From: Opitutia bacterium
GTDB taxonomy: Bacteria > Verrucomicrobiota > Verrucomicrobiia > Opitutales > UBA953
Reading direction: 5' to 3'
Length of the DNA stretch: 55,870 nt
Assembly: GCA_021204635.1 (NCBI GenBank)
Contig: JAJPZB010000031.1
Span: 1-55,870 of the forward strand
The notes beneath the pieces were generated by a model. The model did not search any database. It saw nothing but the letters and a program-made list of their open reading frames with translations, and was not told the DNA's origin. The position numbers and the translations under genes were made by a program. This document shows, one piece after another, positions 1-10,158 of the stretch. Position 1 is the first letter of the stretch. Each line of letters begins with the position of its first letter.

Positions 1-19
1 TGATGTGTATAAGAGAGAG
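1..19 (+). other. Probable Nextera/Tn5 mosaic-end adapter remnant at contig start (assembly artefact)
   Basis: TGATGTGTATAAGAGAGAG matches AGATGTGTATAAGAGACAG at 17/19 and gives the ORF track its spurious MCIRES start. Confidence 0.75.
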
Positions 20-86
20 CGCCTTAAGGGGCGGGAGAAGGCCTCCCCGCCTTTTTGAAAGGCGCAACTCAAAACTCTACACCGAC

Positions 87-836
87 ATGTCAATAACAAA
101 AGCACTACTGCCAATCATCGCTGTCGCGGGAATCGTTCCTGCGCAAGCGGCAACAGACTCGCTGTTGCCTTCCGATATCGCAGACGCGACGCGGATCAGC
201 ATTCCCAACTCAGACTCTGACCATGACAGCTGGATAAACGCTCTTGGGAGCTCAAGCGTTACCGTAGCGTCCGTCGCAACGGACTGCGCGCTACGGATGA
301 ACGAAACTGGTTGGTATTGGGGACTCTCAAATGCTCAAGACGCCTTTTCGACCGATTTTTCTTCGGACGACGACACATCTTTCAGTTTTCACGGTCGCAA
401 AAATTACGGTGGCGAGTTTGTGTGCGCAGTTGTTGATCTTTCCGACTTGATTGGAACAGACGACGAAGTAGATAACTTCTCGATCTCCTTTGACTTTGAC
501 GGACAAAGTTCTGCGTCGTTTTCTATCTACACTCTGTCATCCGACGGAACAGCCACAGAACTTTACAAGAACACTTCCATCGGCACAGGGCTTTCATTCG
601 AGTTCAGCGAGGCTGAAACCTACTCAACTCTAACGGCAAACGAAAAGTTAGTTTTCATCTGGAACGACAATTCTTCTGGAAGTCTGAACTCCGTCTCCAA
701 CCTGAGTTCGAGTTACTCTGTTGTCGCTGTGGTTCCGGAACCATCAGCGTTTGGCTTGCTCGCAGGATTGGGCGCTATCGCTCTCGTCGCCACGCGCAAG
801 CGGAATCGGAGCTCTCGCAACAGAACCCGCTGCTAA
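87..836 (+). CDS. PEP-CTERM sorting domain-containing surface protein
   Basis: Signal peptide MSITKALLPIIAVAGIVPAQA, Ser/Asp-rich body, C-terminal VPEPS plus TM helix plus basic cluster (RKRNR). Start moved from 3 to ATG 87. Confidence 0.9.
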   Translation: MSITKALLPIIAVAGIVPAQAATDSLLPSDIADATRISIPNSDSDHDSWINALGSSSVTVASVATDCALRMNETGWYWGLSNAQDAFSTDFSSDDDTSFSFHGRKNYGGEFVCAVVDLSDLIGTDDEVDNFSISFDFDGQSSASFSIYTLSSDGTATELYKNTSIGTGLSFEFSEAETYSTLTANEKLVFIWNDNSSGSLNSVSNLSSSYSVVAVVPEPSAFGLLAGLGAIALVATRKRNRSSRNRTRC

Positions 837-998
837 TTCGCCAAAAATTAACGCTCTCCTGCAAATGCCCGTGCATTTGCAGGGCTTTGTTGCGGGCGCA
901 AGCCTCAGATTTTCAAGCTCCCGCCCTGCCTCATTGCGCAATTGACAAAATTCCCGCTCGTTCTTATATGCACTGCTTTAAATTAAACCAATTCTGTT

Positions 999-1682
999 AT
1001 GAAAAAGTATATTGCTGAATTGATAGGCACAATGGTGCTTGTCCTAATGGGTTGCGGTAGCGCCGTCTTTTCGGGAGATGTTGCCGGTGCTGTCGGTGGT
1101 GGTGTCGGCACGCTTGGCGTGGCTCTCGCGTTCGGTCTCTCGGTTGTCGCGATGGCATACGCAATCGGGGGCATCTCCGGTTGCCACATCAATCCTGCCA
1201 TCACGTTTGGCGTTTTCCTCGCCGGGCGAATGAAAGGCAAGGACGCGGTGGCGTATATCGTTTCTCAGATTATCGGGGCAATTATTGGGTCCGCCATAAT
1301 CTACGTCCTCGTCACGGCTGGTGGCCACCACGGACCGACCTGCACGGGCGCCAACGGTTGGAGTGGCGAGATAACAATGGCGCAGGCGTTCATCGCTGAG
1401 GCAGTCTTTACCTTCATTTTTGTGCTTGTTGTGCTCGGCGCAACAGACCCGAAAAAAGGGTGCGGCAACCTCGCAGGTCTCGCAATCGGTCTCACGCTCG
1501 TGCTCGTGCACATCGTCTGCATTCCGATCACCGGCACATCGGTGAACCCTGCGCGCAGCATCGGGCCCGCGCTCTTCCAAGGTGGCGAAGCGCTCTCCCA
1601 ACTCTGGCTCTTCATTGTTGCCCCGCTCGTTGGTGGCGCAGTCAGCGCCCTCGTCTGGCGTCTCGTCGGCGAGGAGAAATAA
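999..1682 (+). CDS. aqpZ: Aquaporin Z (MIP family channel)
   Basis: Two NPA motifs (SGCHINPA, GTSVNPARS) and about six hydrophobic helices. Confidence 0.9.
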   Translation: MKKYIAELIGTMVLVLMGCGSAVFSGDVAGAVGGGVGTLGVALAFGLSVVAMAYAIGGISGCHINPAITFGVFLAGRMKGKDAVAYIVSQIIGAIIGSAIIYVLVTAGGHHGPTCTGANGWSGEITMAQAFIAEAVFTFIFVLVVLGATDPKKGCGNLAGLAIGLTLVLVHIVCIPITGTSVNPARSIGPALFQGGEALSQLWLFIVAPLVGGAVSALVWRLVGEEK

Positions 1683-1777
1683 GAAGCGAACCCGCAACAA
1701 TCTCGCAAACCTTTGCTCGCTCGTTGTCGCGCCCCCGCCGGCAGCGAGTGTTTGTGTATTATCGCAACTTCAATCAG

Positions 1778-2251
1778 CCCCTCCTATATTTCAGTAGATA
1801 CATAATAATACGCAACAAGGGAGAATACTATCGTCACATACAGGATGTCCGCAACAAAGACGGCAACAATGCGGAGAAGTGGGAAGCATGGATTCTCTTT
1901 ATACTTAAGGGAATCGAGAAAACAGCCGCCGACTCCATAATAGATTTAGTACTCGCCATCAAAGATATGATGAACGAGTACAAACAAACGCTTCGCCCAC
2001 TGTTTGGCAAACAATATAGGCACGAACTCATCAACAACCTTTTTTCACATCCTTGCACAAAAATAGAATATATAGAGCGGGACATGCAGGTCTCACGGGT
2101 AACCGCGACAAAATATTTGGAAAAGATCGTAGAAGCCGGTTTGCTAACAAAGCAAAAGTTCTGACCTTCCAACTATTATACGAATGTCCCTTTGACGGAA
2201 CTACTCCTTAAAGTATCAGGGAAATACGGATCTGCCCCCAAGGATATGTAA
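1778..2251 (+). pseudogene. C-terminal remnant of a Fic family protein
   Basis: PLLYFSRYII..EYYR..WEAWILFILKGIE..NNLFSHP..TKIE..ATKYL resembles Fic C-termini. The HPFxDGNGR motif and N-terminus are absent. In-frame TGA at 2162-2164 is followed by family-like SNYYTN. Confidence 0.7.
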
Positions 2252-2361
2252 ACGAAAACGGCTTTTTCTTTACATATTTACCTGAACGTGTAAAGGAAAA
2301 CGCGATTTCCTTTACATATCGAACTAGGAATGTAAAGGAAAACGGCTTTCCCTTTGCATGT
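2244..2361. repeat. Three tandem palindromic units at exact 42-bp period
   Basis: RTGTAAAgGAAAAC-N3-4-TTTccTTTaCAT units start at 2246, 2288 and 2330, separated by different 10-nt linkers. Confidence 0.85.
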
Positions 2362-2406
2362 GCGCAAGAGTTTGAGGGGAGGTGGGGATTTTTGGGGTGC
2401 GACAAC

Positions 2407-2433
2407 AAAAGCCCGCATTTCTGCGGGCTTTTT
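2407..2433 (-). terminator. Intrinsic terminator after tRNA-Asp (possibly bidirectional)
   Basis: AAAAGCCCGCA-TTTC-TGCGGGCTTTTT. Confidence 0.8.
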
Positions 2434-2436
2434 AAG

Positions 2437-2514
2437 TGGCGGGATGGACGGGGCTCGAACCCGCGACCTCCTGCGTGACAGGCAGGCGCTCTAACCAAGC
2501 TGAGCTACCACCCC
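2437..2514 (-). tRNA. tRNA-Asp(GTC)
   Basis: Reverse complement GGGGTGGTAGCTCAG..CCTGC-CTGTCAC-GCAGG..GGTTCGAGCCCCGTCCATCCCGCCA forms a cloverleaf with encoded CCA. Confidence 0.97.
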
Positions 2515-2631
2515 GGTTGTTTCGGGAGGATTGTGGGAGACGAGGCAATACTTTTGCCTGCGAAATGTCAAGATATTTTTGTCACGATTTGGCATTGTGG
2601 CGGGCGCGGGTTTGTTGTCGCAACAATGGCG

Positions 2632-3876
2632 TTATCGCTCGATCTCGTGAACGAAGAGGCCGCTCCGAAGTTTGGGTTCAAACCACGTCGATTTCGGCGG
2701 CATGATTTCTCCGGCATCGGCAACGCGAAAAAGATCCGCCATCGCGACGGGAAACAGCGCGAACGCAACAGCATTGCCCTCTTCGCGACACCGCCGCTCC
2801 AACTCGGCAATTCCACGAATTCCCCCGACAAAATCTATGCGCGTGTCTGTGCGCGGATCTGCAATTCCGAGGACGGGGCCAAGCAAATTTGCCTGCAAAA
2901 TCGCGCAATCGAGCGATTCGATCGGGTGCTCTGCATTGAATGTTCCGGGTCTCGCCACAATGGACAACCATCTGCCACCGAGGAACATTCCAAATTCGTG
3001 CTTGCGCTTCGGAGCGCCAGACATTGTTGTCGCCACAATCTCAAATTTTTCGGAGATTCTCGCGAGAAAGTCGTTTTCGCTGAGCCCGTTCAAATCTTTG
3101 ACGACGCGATTGTAGTCCATGACGAAAAGGTCTTCGTCGCAGAAGATTGTCGCCATGAGGAAATTAAATTCTTCGTCGCCGCGAAAGTCGGGATGTGTTG
3201 CGCGGCGGCGGGCAGAAACGGCGGCGGACGACGCTGTGCGATGGTGGCCGTCGGCAATGTAAAGCGCCGGCACTTCCTCGAAGCCGAGACGAATCACCTC
3301 GATTGCGGCATCGTCGTCAACCTTCCAGAGGATGTGCGAGACGCCGTCGCTGCTTGTAAAATCGTATTCCGGCTCGTGGGAATTAATCCACTCGCTCACG
3401 ACAGTGGCGATTCCATCGTGCTTGCGATAGGCGAGAAATACCGGCTCAGTCTGCGCGGAGCACGCGTCGAAATGTTCTATGCGATCGAGTTCCTTTTCCT
3501 TGCGCGTCAATTCGTGTTTCTTGATTGTGCCGTTGAGATATTCGTCAACGCTCGCGCAACCAACAATTCCGGTCTGGGCGCGCCCGCGCATGATTTGTCG
3601 GTAGATATAAAAGCAGGGTTTGTTGTCGCGCACGAGCGTTCCCTCCGCAACAAAGCGCTCGAGATTGTCGCGAGATTTTGCGTAGGTCTCCGGCGCGTGG
3701 ATCTGTGCCTCGGAGGTGTCGATATCCGCGCGACAAATGTGGAGGAACGATCGCGCGTTGCCGCGTGCCGCCTCGACGGCTTCGGCGTGGCTTATGACGT
3801 CGTATGGGAGCGACGACACTATTTCTGCGAGATTTTTCGGTGGGCGCAATGCGGCAAATGGGCGAACGGTGGCCAT
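2632..3876 (-). CDS. DUF1015 family protein
   Basis: MATVRPFAALRP start, LPYDV, KKHELTR, YIADGHHR, MPPKSTWFEPKLRSGL motifs. Start trimmed to ATG 3876. Confidence 0.9.
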   Translation of the reverse strand: MATVRPFAALRPPKNLAEIVSSLPYDVISHAEAVEAARGNARSFLHICRADIDTSEAQIHAPETYAKSRDNLERFVAEGTLVRDNKPCFYIYRQIMRGRAQTGIVGCASVDEYLNGTIKKHELTRKEKELDRIEHFDACSAQTEPVFLAYRKHDGIATVVSEWINSHEPEYDFTSSDGVSHILWKVDDDAAIEVIRLGFEEVPALYIADGHHRTASSAAVSARRRATHPDFRGDEEFNFLMATIFCDEDLFVMDYNRVVKDLNGLSENDFLARISEKFEIVATTMSGAPKRKHEFGMFLGGRWLSIVARPGTFNAEHPIESLDCAILQANLLGPVLGIADPRTDTRIDFVGGIRGIAELERRCREEGNAVAFALFPVAMADLFRVADAGEIMPPKSTWFEPKLRSGLFVHEIER

Positions 3877-4190
3877 GGTGGTGAGTTTCGGGTTGGTGGC
3901 GGTGATTCTTTTCGCGACAAACCCTGTTGGCAAACAATTTTACGACAATCGTGTAGGTTGGTGGTGAGGTTTGGGTTGGTGGTAAGCCGGGTTGGTGGTG
4001 GCGAGGTTAGTGGCAAGCGCGATTCCACAACAAAGCCAAATCTACCACAAACGCCAGCCTCCACAATCCCGCACCTCTTGTTGTCGCCACCGTGGTGGCA
4101 AACGGGATTGTTGTGGGAAGTATGACAAAACAAAAATGCGCCCCCGCAGAAATTGCGGGAACGCATTTTTTACATGGGTTAGTGGTGGCG
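3877..4190. repeat. Cluster of the GGGTTRGTGGTG repeat family (G-rich on + strand)
   Basis: Units near 3890, 3956-4013 (four) and 4177, for example GGGTTGGTGGTAAGCCGGGTTGGTGGTGGCGAGGTTAGTGG. Confidence 0.85.
4132..4171 (-). terminator. Hairpin terminator downstream of gap
   Basis: AAAAATGCG-cc-CCCGCA-gaaat-TGCGGG-aa-CGCATTTTTT. Confidence 0.7.
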
Positions 4191-4194
4191 ATAA

Positions 4195-5268
<1,074 letters not shown>

Positions 5269-5277
5269 TTATGCGGC

Positions 5278-6123
5278 TTAGTAGCGGAAGTTGAGCCCGA
5301 TGCCGACCCAGAGGTTGGAAGTATCCATGCCGGAAAGGTGGCGCGGGTTGCCGTTATTGTTCCACGCGTAGCGGATACCGACGCTGACATCGGTGTTCTT
5401 TGTCAAGCTGTAAATCAGGTCGAGCGAACCGGAGAAATAGCCATAATCGTCGTGCCAGTTGTTCGGCCGGTAGCCCTGGTCACCGTCAGCCTCGTTCTGG
5501 TTGATGTAGCCATACATAACCTGGGCTTTGAGCCCGAGACCATCGACATAGAAAATGTCATTAAAGGTTTTCTCGACGCCGCATTCCAAAATCAGCGATT
5601 CAAACTGGAAGTTATATGTTGCGTATCCGAAGAGGCGGATAACGGACCACTCTGCGTCTTGGACAAACTCAATGTCGCGACCAACGCCGAGAAAGATTTC
5701 ATTGTCGCGGTTCACCGTCGTATAATCCACAGCATTGTGGTTGACTTTGCCATGGTTCGGATAGCTCGTGTATTTGTATCCGAAATCAATGAAATATTCG
5801 TCTTCATACATCGCGAATCCGCCGATTTTCACGCTGAACTTGTTGGCTTCTCTTTCGATCGGCGCCATGTAGAAGAGTTCGCAATACGTGCTCCAGCCCC
5901 ATGAACCCATCGGAGCGAAGCTGTATTCCGCCGAAACCGTCGTCTGGACGTTGTTTCCGGAAGCTTCAACGCCTCGATAGACGTATGTAGATTCATAGGC
6001 GACCTTAGCACCTATGGACAGGTTTTCAGCCTCGGGAGCGGGCTCCTGGACTTCTTGCGCAAACGCGGAAAGCGCGACGGACGCGAGTGCGATCGCGACG
6101 ATGGATTTTTTGATGTTTTTCAT
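5278..6123 (-). CDS. Putative outer-membrane beta-barrel protein (Gcw_chp/TorF-like)
   Basis: Signal peptide ending AFA-Q, S.YVYRG motif, alternating aromatic strands, C-terminal GIGLNFRY beta-signal. Confidence 0.65.
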   Translation of the reverse strand: MKNIKKSIVAIALASVALSAFAQEVQEPAPEAENLSIGAKVAYESTYVYRGVEASGNNVQTTVSAEYSFAPMGSWGWSTYCELFYMAPIEREANKFSVKIGGFAMYEDEYFIDFGYKYTSYPNHGKVNHNAVDYTTVNRDNEIFLGVGRDIEFVQDAEWSVIRLFGYATYNFQFESLILECGVEKTFNDIFYVDGLGLKAQVMYGYINQNEADGDQGYRPNNWHDDYGYFSGSLDLIYSLTKNTDVSVGIRYAWNNNGNPRHLSGMDTSNLWVGIGLNFRY

Positions 6124-6228
6124 GGCTTTGTTCTAAAAATATTAGAGTTCTGCTAATCAGGAAACTCGGGCGAGCGGCAGTTTGCAAGCACGAAAACTTC
6201 ACTCGCCCGCAACGGTCTGTTGTGGCAA

Positions 6229-7149
6229 TTAAAACGTGTCTTCGTCGCGGACTTCTGATTTGGGGTCAGTTTCCGGAGGAGACTCCTTTTTTGCGCCGGA
6301 AATTTTGCGTTTCAGGGCGCGGAATATCCCGTAGAGCACATACACAAGCAACGCAGCAGGAATCGCGTAAACGTGGAATTTTGCGAAGAAGATGATAAAC
6401 AGAATCAGGAGAATAAACGCCTGAGCCTTTGCCTTTGTGTTCCAATTGATGTGCTTAAATGTCGGATAGGGGATGTTCGTGACCATGAGGAACGACACGA
6501 GAAGCATTGTGGGGATGAGAATCACGGGAAGCCATTCGCGCAAGCTCGACGCATCTTCGGGATTGTGCGTCAACAAAAGGACAAACGAAGCTGTTATTGC
6601 AGCTGCGATCGGCGAGGAAATTCCCATGAAGTCTGTCGCGGGGCCTTTGTTGGCGTTTCCCGGGATGAGCGGATTTGTCAAAACATTAAATTTTGCGAGA
6701 CGGATGCCGACGCAGAGCAGATATATGAATCCGACGACCGGCCCGAGGCCTGTCAAAATCCCACTCAAGGAATCTGCGCTTCTGCTCGGGTCGAGAATCA
6801 AAAAGTAAACGAGAAATGCGGGAGCGATTCCGAACGAAACAGTGTCAGCTATGGAGTCAAACTCCGCGCCGAACATCGATTCTTTCTTGAACATTCTCGC
6901 CATTCTTCCGTCGAAGAGATCGAAAACGCACGCGCCGAAAATGAGATATACGGCGAACATGTATTTCTCATTCGCGACGAGAATGTCCGTGTTGTATTTC
7001 GCCTCGATGCATTTACAAAGCGACATAAATCCGCAGAACATATTTCCTGCCGTGAAAAAGTTCGGGAGCAGGTATATGCGCGCGGCATCGTAAACGTTCT
7101 TGTACTTTTGCTCGGGCTTTTCGGGAGCGTTTTCTTTGTTATCCGGCAT
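6229..7149 (-). CDS. pssA: CDP-diacylglycerol--serine O-phosphatidyltransferase
   Basis: LPNFFT..N, CDP-alcohol motif DLFDGRMAR..FGAEFDSIAD..SFG.AP, RLAKFN. Confidence 0.88.
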   Translation of the reverse strand: MPDNKENAPEKPEQKYKNVYDAARIYLLPNFFTAGNMFCGFMSLCKCIEAKYNTDILVANEKYMFAVYLIFGACVFDLFDGRMARMFKKESMFGAEFDSIADTVSFGIAPAFLVYFLILDPSRSADSLSGILTGLGPVVGFIYLLCVGIRLAKFNVLTNPLIPGNANKGPATDFMGISSPIAAAITASFVLLLTHNPEDASSLREWLPVILIPTMLLVSFLMVTNIPYPTFKHINWNTKAKAQAFILLILFIIFFAKFHVYAIPAALLVYVLYGIFRALKRKISGAKKESPPETDPKSEVRDEDTF

Positions 7150-7160
7150 TTTGTAATCGG

Positions 7161-7511
7161 TTATTTGTTGAGCGAATCCAAATACTCCCAGAAGTTTTTG
7201 TCTTGCTCAACGAAGTGTTCTTCTTTCACGGGAAGTTTGGCGCGAAACGCAAAATCCGTGATGCTGTGTTTATTCAAAATGTAACACACAAAAATTTCAT
7301 CGCCGGAGACGGTGAAATAAATTCTGCGAACGCCTTCTCGCAGGCGGTAGTAGGTTTTCCCGTCGCGCTCAAACGCTCCGTAGGCGGATTTGTCGTCTTT
7401 CAAATCTGACAGCGAAACGCTCGACAACGCATCGATGATGGGCATTTGGTCGAGAGGGGAGAGTTTGTTCAGTTCCTTCAAACTTTGGTCACTGAAATTT
7501 AACTGGTTCAT
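7161..7511 (-). CDS. RelE/ParE-like small protein
   Basis: 116 aa with LNFSDQSLKELNKL..YYRLREGVRRIYFTV, resembling the RelE-fold pattern. Confidence 0.55.
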   Translation of the reverse strand: MNQLNFSDQSLKELNKLSPLDQMPIIDALSSVSLSDLKDDKSAYGAFERDGKTYYRLREGVRRIYFTVSGDEIFVCYILNKHSITDFAFRAKLPVKEEHFVEQDKNFWEYLDSLNK

Positions 7512-7547
7512 TTAATAAGCTTTGGGGTTAGAAAAAATTCGCAACAA

Positions 7548-7790
7548 TCAAAATCCTTCCGGATTGCTGAAGACATCGCCTTCGTTGACGATGCGCCGCT
7601 CGTTCTCTTTTTCCAACCAATTGAAATATTCGGAGATCGAGTTGACATCGCCTTCAAAGAATCCCGCTATCGCCGGCTTGTTGAACCCGGGATCGTCGGG
7701 AGAATCCGCCACACACCCCGTGCAGACACCCACGCACGCGCAGGTTCCGACAAGCGCGAGAAACAGACTCGCATAGTTCTTCTTGGTCAT
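7548..7790 (-). CDS. Small putative lipoprotein
   Basis: Basic N-terminus, hydrophobic stretch, CTGC lipobox-like motif; co-oriented with neighbours. Confidence 0.6.
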   Translation of the reverse strand: MTKKNYASLFLALVGTCACVGVCTGCVADSPDDPGFNKPAIAGFFEGDVNSISEYFNWLEKENERRIVNEGDVFSNPEGF

Positions 7791-7840
7791 CTTGCGGAGA
7801 GATTAATTCAACGCCTGCGCATGTCCAAACAAAAACAAGC

Positions 7841-8037
7841 TCACCACCAACCCGTCAACGGTTGTGGCGTCGAGTCTGTGGCCATGGGTTTGTGGTCACC
7901 ACCAACCCAAGCTCACCACATACCCGGATGCCAAGCCACCACCAACCCAGGTCCGCCACCAACCCGATCCCACCACGAACCCGGGCATCGAGCCACCACC
8001 AACCCATGTCTCACCACCAACCCGACCACCACAAACG
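7841..8037. repeat. Array of about nine YCACCACCAACCC units (C-rich on + strand)
   Basis: Mostly 15-23 nt spacing, with an apparent ~57-bp higher-order duplication. Confidence 0.9.
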
Positions 8038-8041
8038 TCGG

Positions 8042-9976
8042 TCAAATTCCGGCTCGCGACAATGCGTCTGCGTGGAGGAATTTTTTCATATCCTCTATCG
8101 CGGCTGCGGCTTCGGCTTTTGCCTTGTTCAAATCGGGCTCGGTGGTTGTTGCGAAAATATAGAACTTGATTTTCGGCTCCGTGCCGCTCCCGCGCACGGC
8201 AATCCGCATTCCGTTGTCAAGGGCGAAGAAATAAAAATCTTCCTTCGGGATCGTGTCGCCATCGCTGTCCTTTATTTCGTCACGACCAAAGTCCATGAAC
8301 GACACGACTTTCTTGCCGAGGATTTCCACCGGCGGATTCGCGCGAAGCGACGACAAAATTTGCTTGATCTGCCCTGCTCCTTTCGCGCCTTCAAGGACGA
8401 TGTTCAAAAGCGATTCCGAGAAATAGCCGTATTTTTTGTAGATGGAATCGAGGAATTCGGGAATTGTCATGCCTTTGGATTTCACCCACGAAGCCATTTC
8501 CACAACCATGAGAACTGCGCCATTCGCGTCTTTGTCGCGAACGCTGTCGGAATGCAGGTAGCCGTAACTTTCCTCGCCACCGACCACAAAGAACGTTCCC
8601 GCCTCAAGCTGTTTTTTTGCGCGTTCCCGCCACGGCAATTGCATGTATTCCGGATAAAGCTTTTCGATTGACTCCTGATATTTTTTAAGCTTCGCAACAA
8701 TCCACTTGAATCCCGTCAGCGCGTTGACGCAACGAATCCCGTTCTTCTCGGCGATGGCATCCTGCAATGGCGACGTGACGAAGGTCTTTATTATTGTCGC
8801 CCTGCTCGTTCCGGTCTGTGGCAAGATTCCGAGTTCCGTCATACGCTCAATGCGAAATGCCGTCAGCATCGTTCCCGTTTGGTTGCCGGAATAAAGCACA
8901 TAAGAACCGTCCGGAACGCGGACAGCCAAGCCAACGCGATCGTTGTCGGGATCCGTTCCCAAAACGATTTCCGCGCCAATCTTTTTCGCTTTCGCGAGCG
9001 CGAGAGTGAACGCTTCGGCGTTTTCGGGATTGGGAGATTTCACGGTTGGGAACCGACCATCGTGCACCCGCTGCTCTTCGACGACCTCGAAGTTTACGCC
9101 AAAGCGTTTCAACGCGGGAACGATCATGACATCGCCCGTGCCGTGAATGTTCGTGTAGCAAACTTTGACCGGGAATTTTTTCAGCGTCTCAGGGTCGAGA
9201 ACCGCGCATTCCAAGTCGGAAAGATATTTTTCTTCGATTGTCGCGGGAACCGGATTGACCGCAGACAAATCGATTTTCAAAAACTGCGGAATGTCTGCAA
9301 GCGCCACCGAATTTACCTCGTCGATAATTCCTTCCGCGTGCGGAGAAACCACTTGCGCCCCGTCGTTGAAATAGCACTTGAAACCATTGTCGTGAGACGG
9401 ATTGTGGCTCGCTGTGATCACGATACCGGCGTCTGTTTTCAACGCGCGAATCGTGAAGCTTAATTGTGGCGTGGAGCGCGGACCATCGAAGATGTAGGCT
9501 TCGCCACCGAGCTTTGCCCAGATACTTGCGGCAAGTTTCCCAAAGTGCGCAGAGAAATGTCTGACGTCATGGCCAATGACAATTTTTGGAGGCCTGTTGT
9601 CTCCGAGACTTTTCAAATATTTCGACACGTATCGGAAAAGCCCGACTGTCGCGCGGACAATGTTGAAATCGTTTAAATATGCAGTTCCGACGGCGGGATG
9701 CTCGGGCGTCCCAAGATTGTCGCGCGTCCCTGCCTCTGTGGTTGGAGTTACTTTTCCGATTGTGCGCCCGCGCATTCCGCCGGTGCCGAACGCGATTTTT
9801 TTAAAAAATCTGTCGTTCAGTTCTTCCCAGCTTTCGGTTTGAACGAGCTCCGCAACAGACTCTGTCGCCCACTGCGGCAGGAAATTGGCCTCGAGCCATT
9901 CGCAAATATTTTCTGCGGTCGCGGGAGTGACCTTGCCCTGCGCCGCTGCTGATTTAATCGCTTCTATTATTTCCAT
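8042..9976 (-). CDS. Phospho-sugar mutase (phosphoglucomutase/phosphomannomutase)
   Basis: FGTGGMRG, TASHNP active serine, GTDPDNDR metal loop, GEESYG, RGSGTEPKIK. Confidence 0.95.
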   Translation of the reverse strand: MEIIEAIKSAAAQGKVTPATAENICEWLEANFLPQWATESVAELVQTESWEELNDRFFKKIAFGTGGMRGRTIGKVTPTTEAGTRDNLGTPEHPAVGTAYLNDFNIVRATVGLFRYVSKYLKSLGDNRPPKIVIGHDVRHFSAHFGKLAASIWAKLGGEAYIFDGPRSTPQLSFTIRALKTDAGIVITASHNPSHDNGFKCYFNDGAQVVSPHAEGIIDEVNSVALADIPQFLKIDLSAVNPVPATIEEKYLSDLECAVLDPETLKKFPVKVCYTNIHGTGDVMIVPALKRFGVNFEVVEEQRVHDGRFPTVKSPNPENAEAFTLALAKAKKIGAEIVLGTDPDNDRVGLAVRVPDGSYVLYSGNQTGTMLTAFRIERMTELGILPQTGTSRATIIKTFVTSPLQDAIAEKNGIRCVNALTGFKWIVAKLKKYQESIEKLYPEYMQLPWRERAKKQLEAGTFFVVGGEESYGYLHSDSVRDKDANGAVLMVVEMASWVKSKGMTIPEFLDSIYKKYGYFSESLLNIVLEGAKGAGQIKQILSSLRANPPVEILGKKVVSFMDFGRDEIKDSDGDTIPKEDFYFFALDNGMRIAVRGSGTEPKIKFYIFATTTEPDLNKAKAEAAAAIEDMKKFLHADALSRAGI

Positions 9977-10158
9977 GGTAAAATTTTCTTATGATTAAAG
10001 CCTGAATTTAACTCCGCGCATTCTGATTTTTTTCGTTCTCGGAATAAATACAAAACGAGGGTTGAACAAAACGCCCGAGTAAAGTAAAAGACCCGCCCTT
10101 TTTGCTGGGAAAATCCCACGCGACTTCTCACCAGACAGCCTAAATCCACACTGCCTCG

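Noticed and set aside
3-86. N-terminal MCIRES extension of the first ORF
   Set aside because: Derived from the adapter-like sequence and an upstream terminator-like hairpin; the signal peptide starts at ATG 87
2162-2164. TGA recoding (Trp or Sec) in the Fic fragment
   Set aside because: hisB, mutS and other genes end normally at TGA, and the fragment is truncated anyway
3950-4015. Repeat as a Chi site (GTTGGTGG fits H. influenzae GNTGGTGG)
   Set aside because: Clusters on the same side of the putative origin occur in both orientations and in tandem arrays, unlike polarised, dispersed Chi sites
7841-8037. ACCACCAACCC arrays as CRISPR or TIGR arrays
   Set aside because: Units are too short and irregular, spacers are only a few nt, and no cas or tas genes are present
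7821-8169. Small ORFs over repeat clusters (also 47885-48085 and the N-terminal extensions of the 47934-49409 and 51117-52856 ORFs)
   Set aside because: The repeat DNA is largely stop-free, so these ORFs are by-products overlapping real genes
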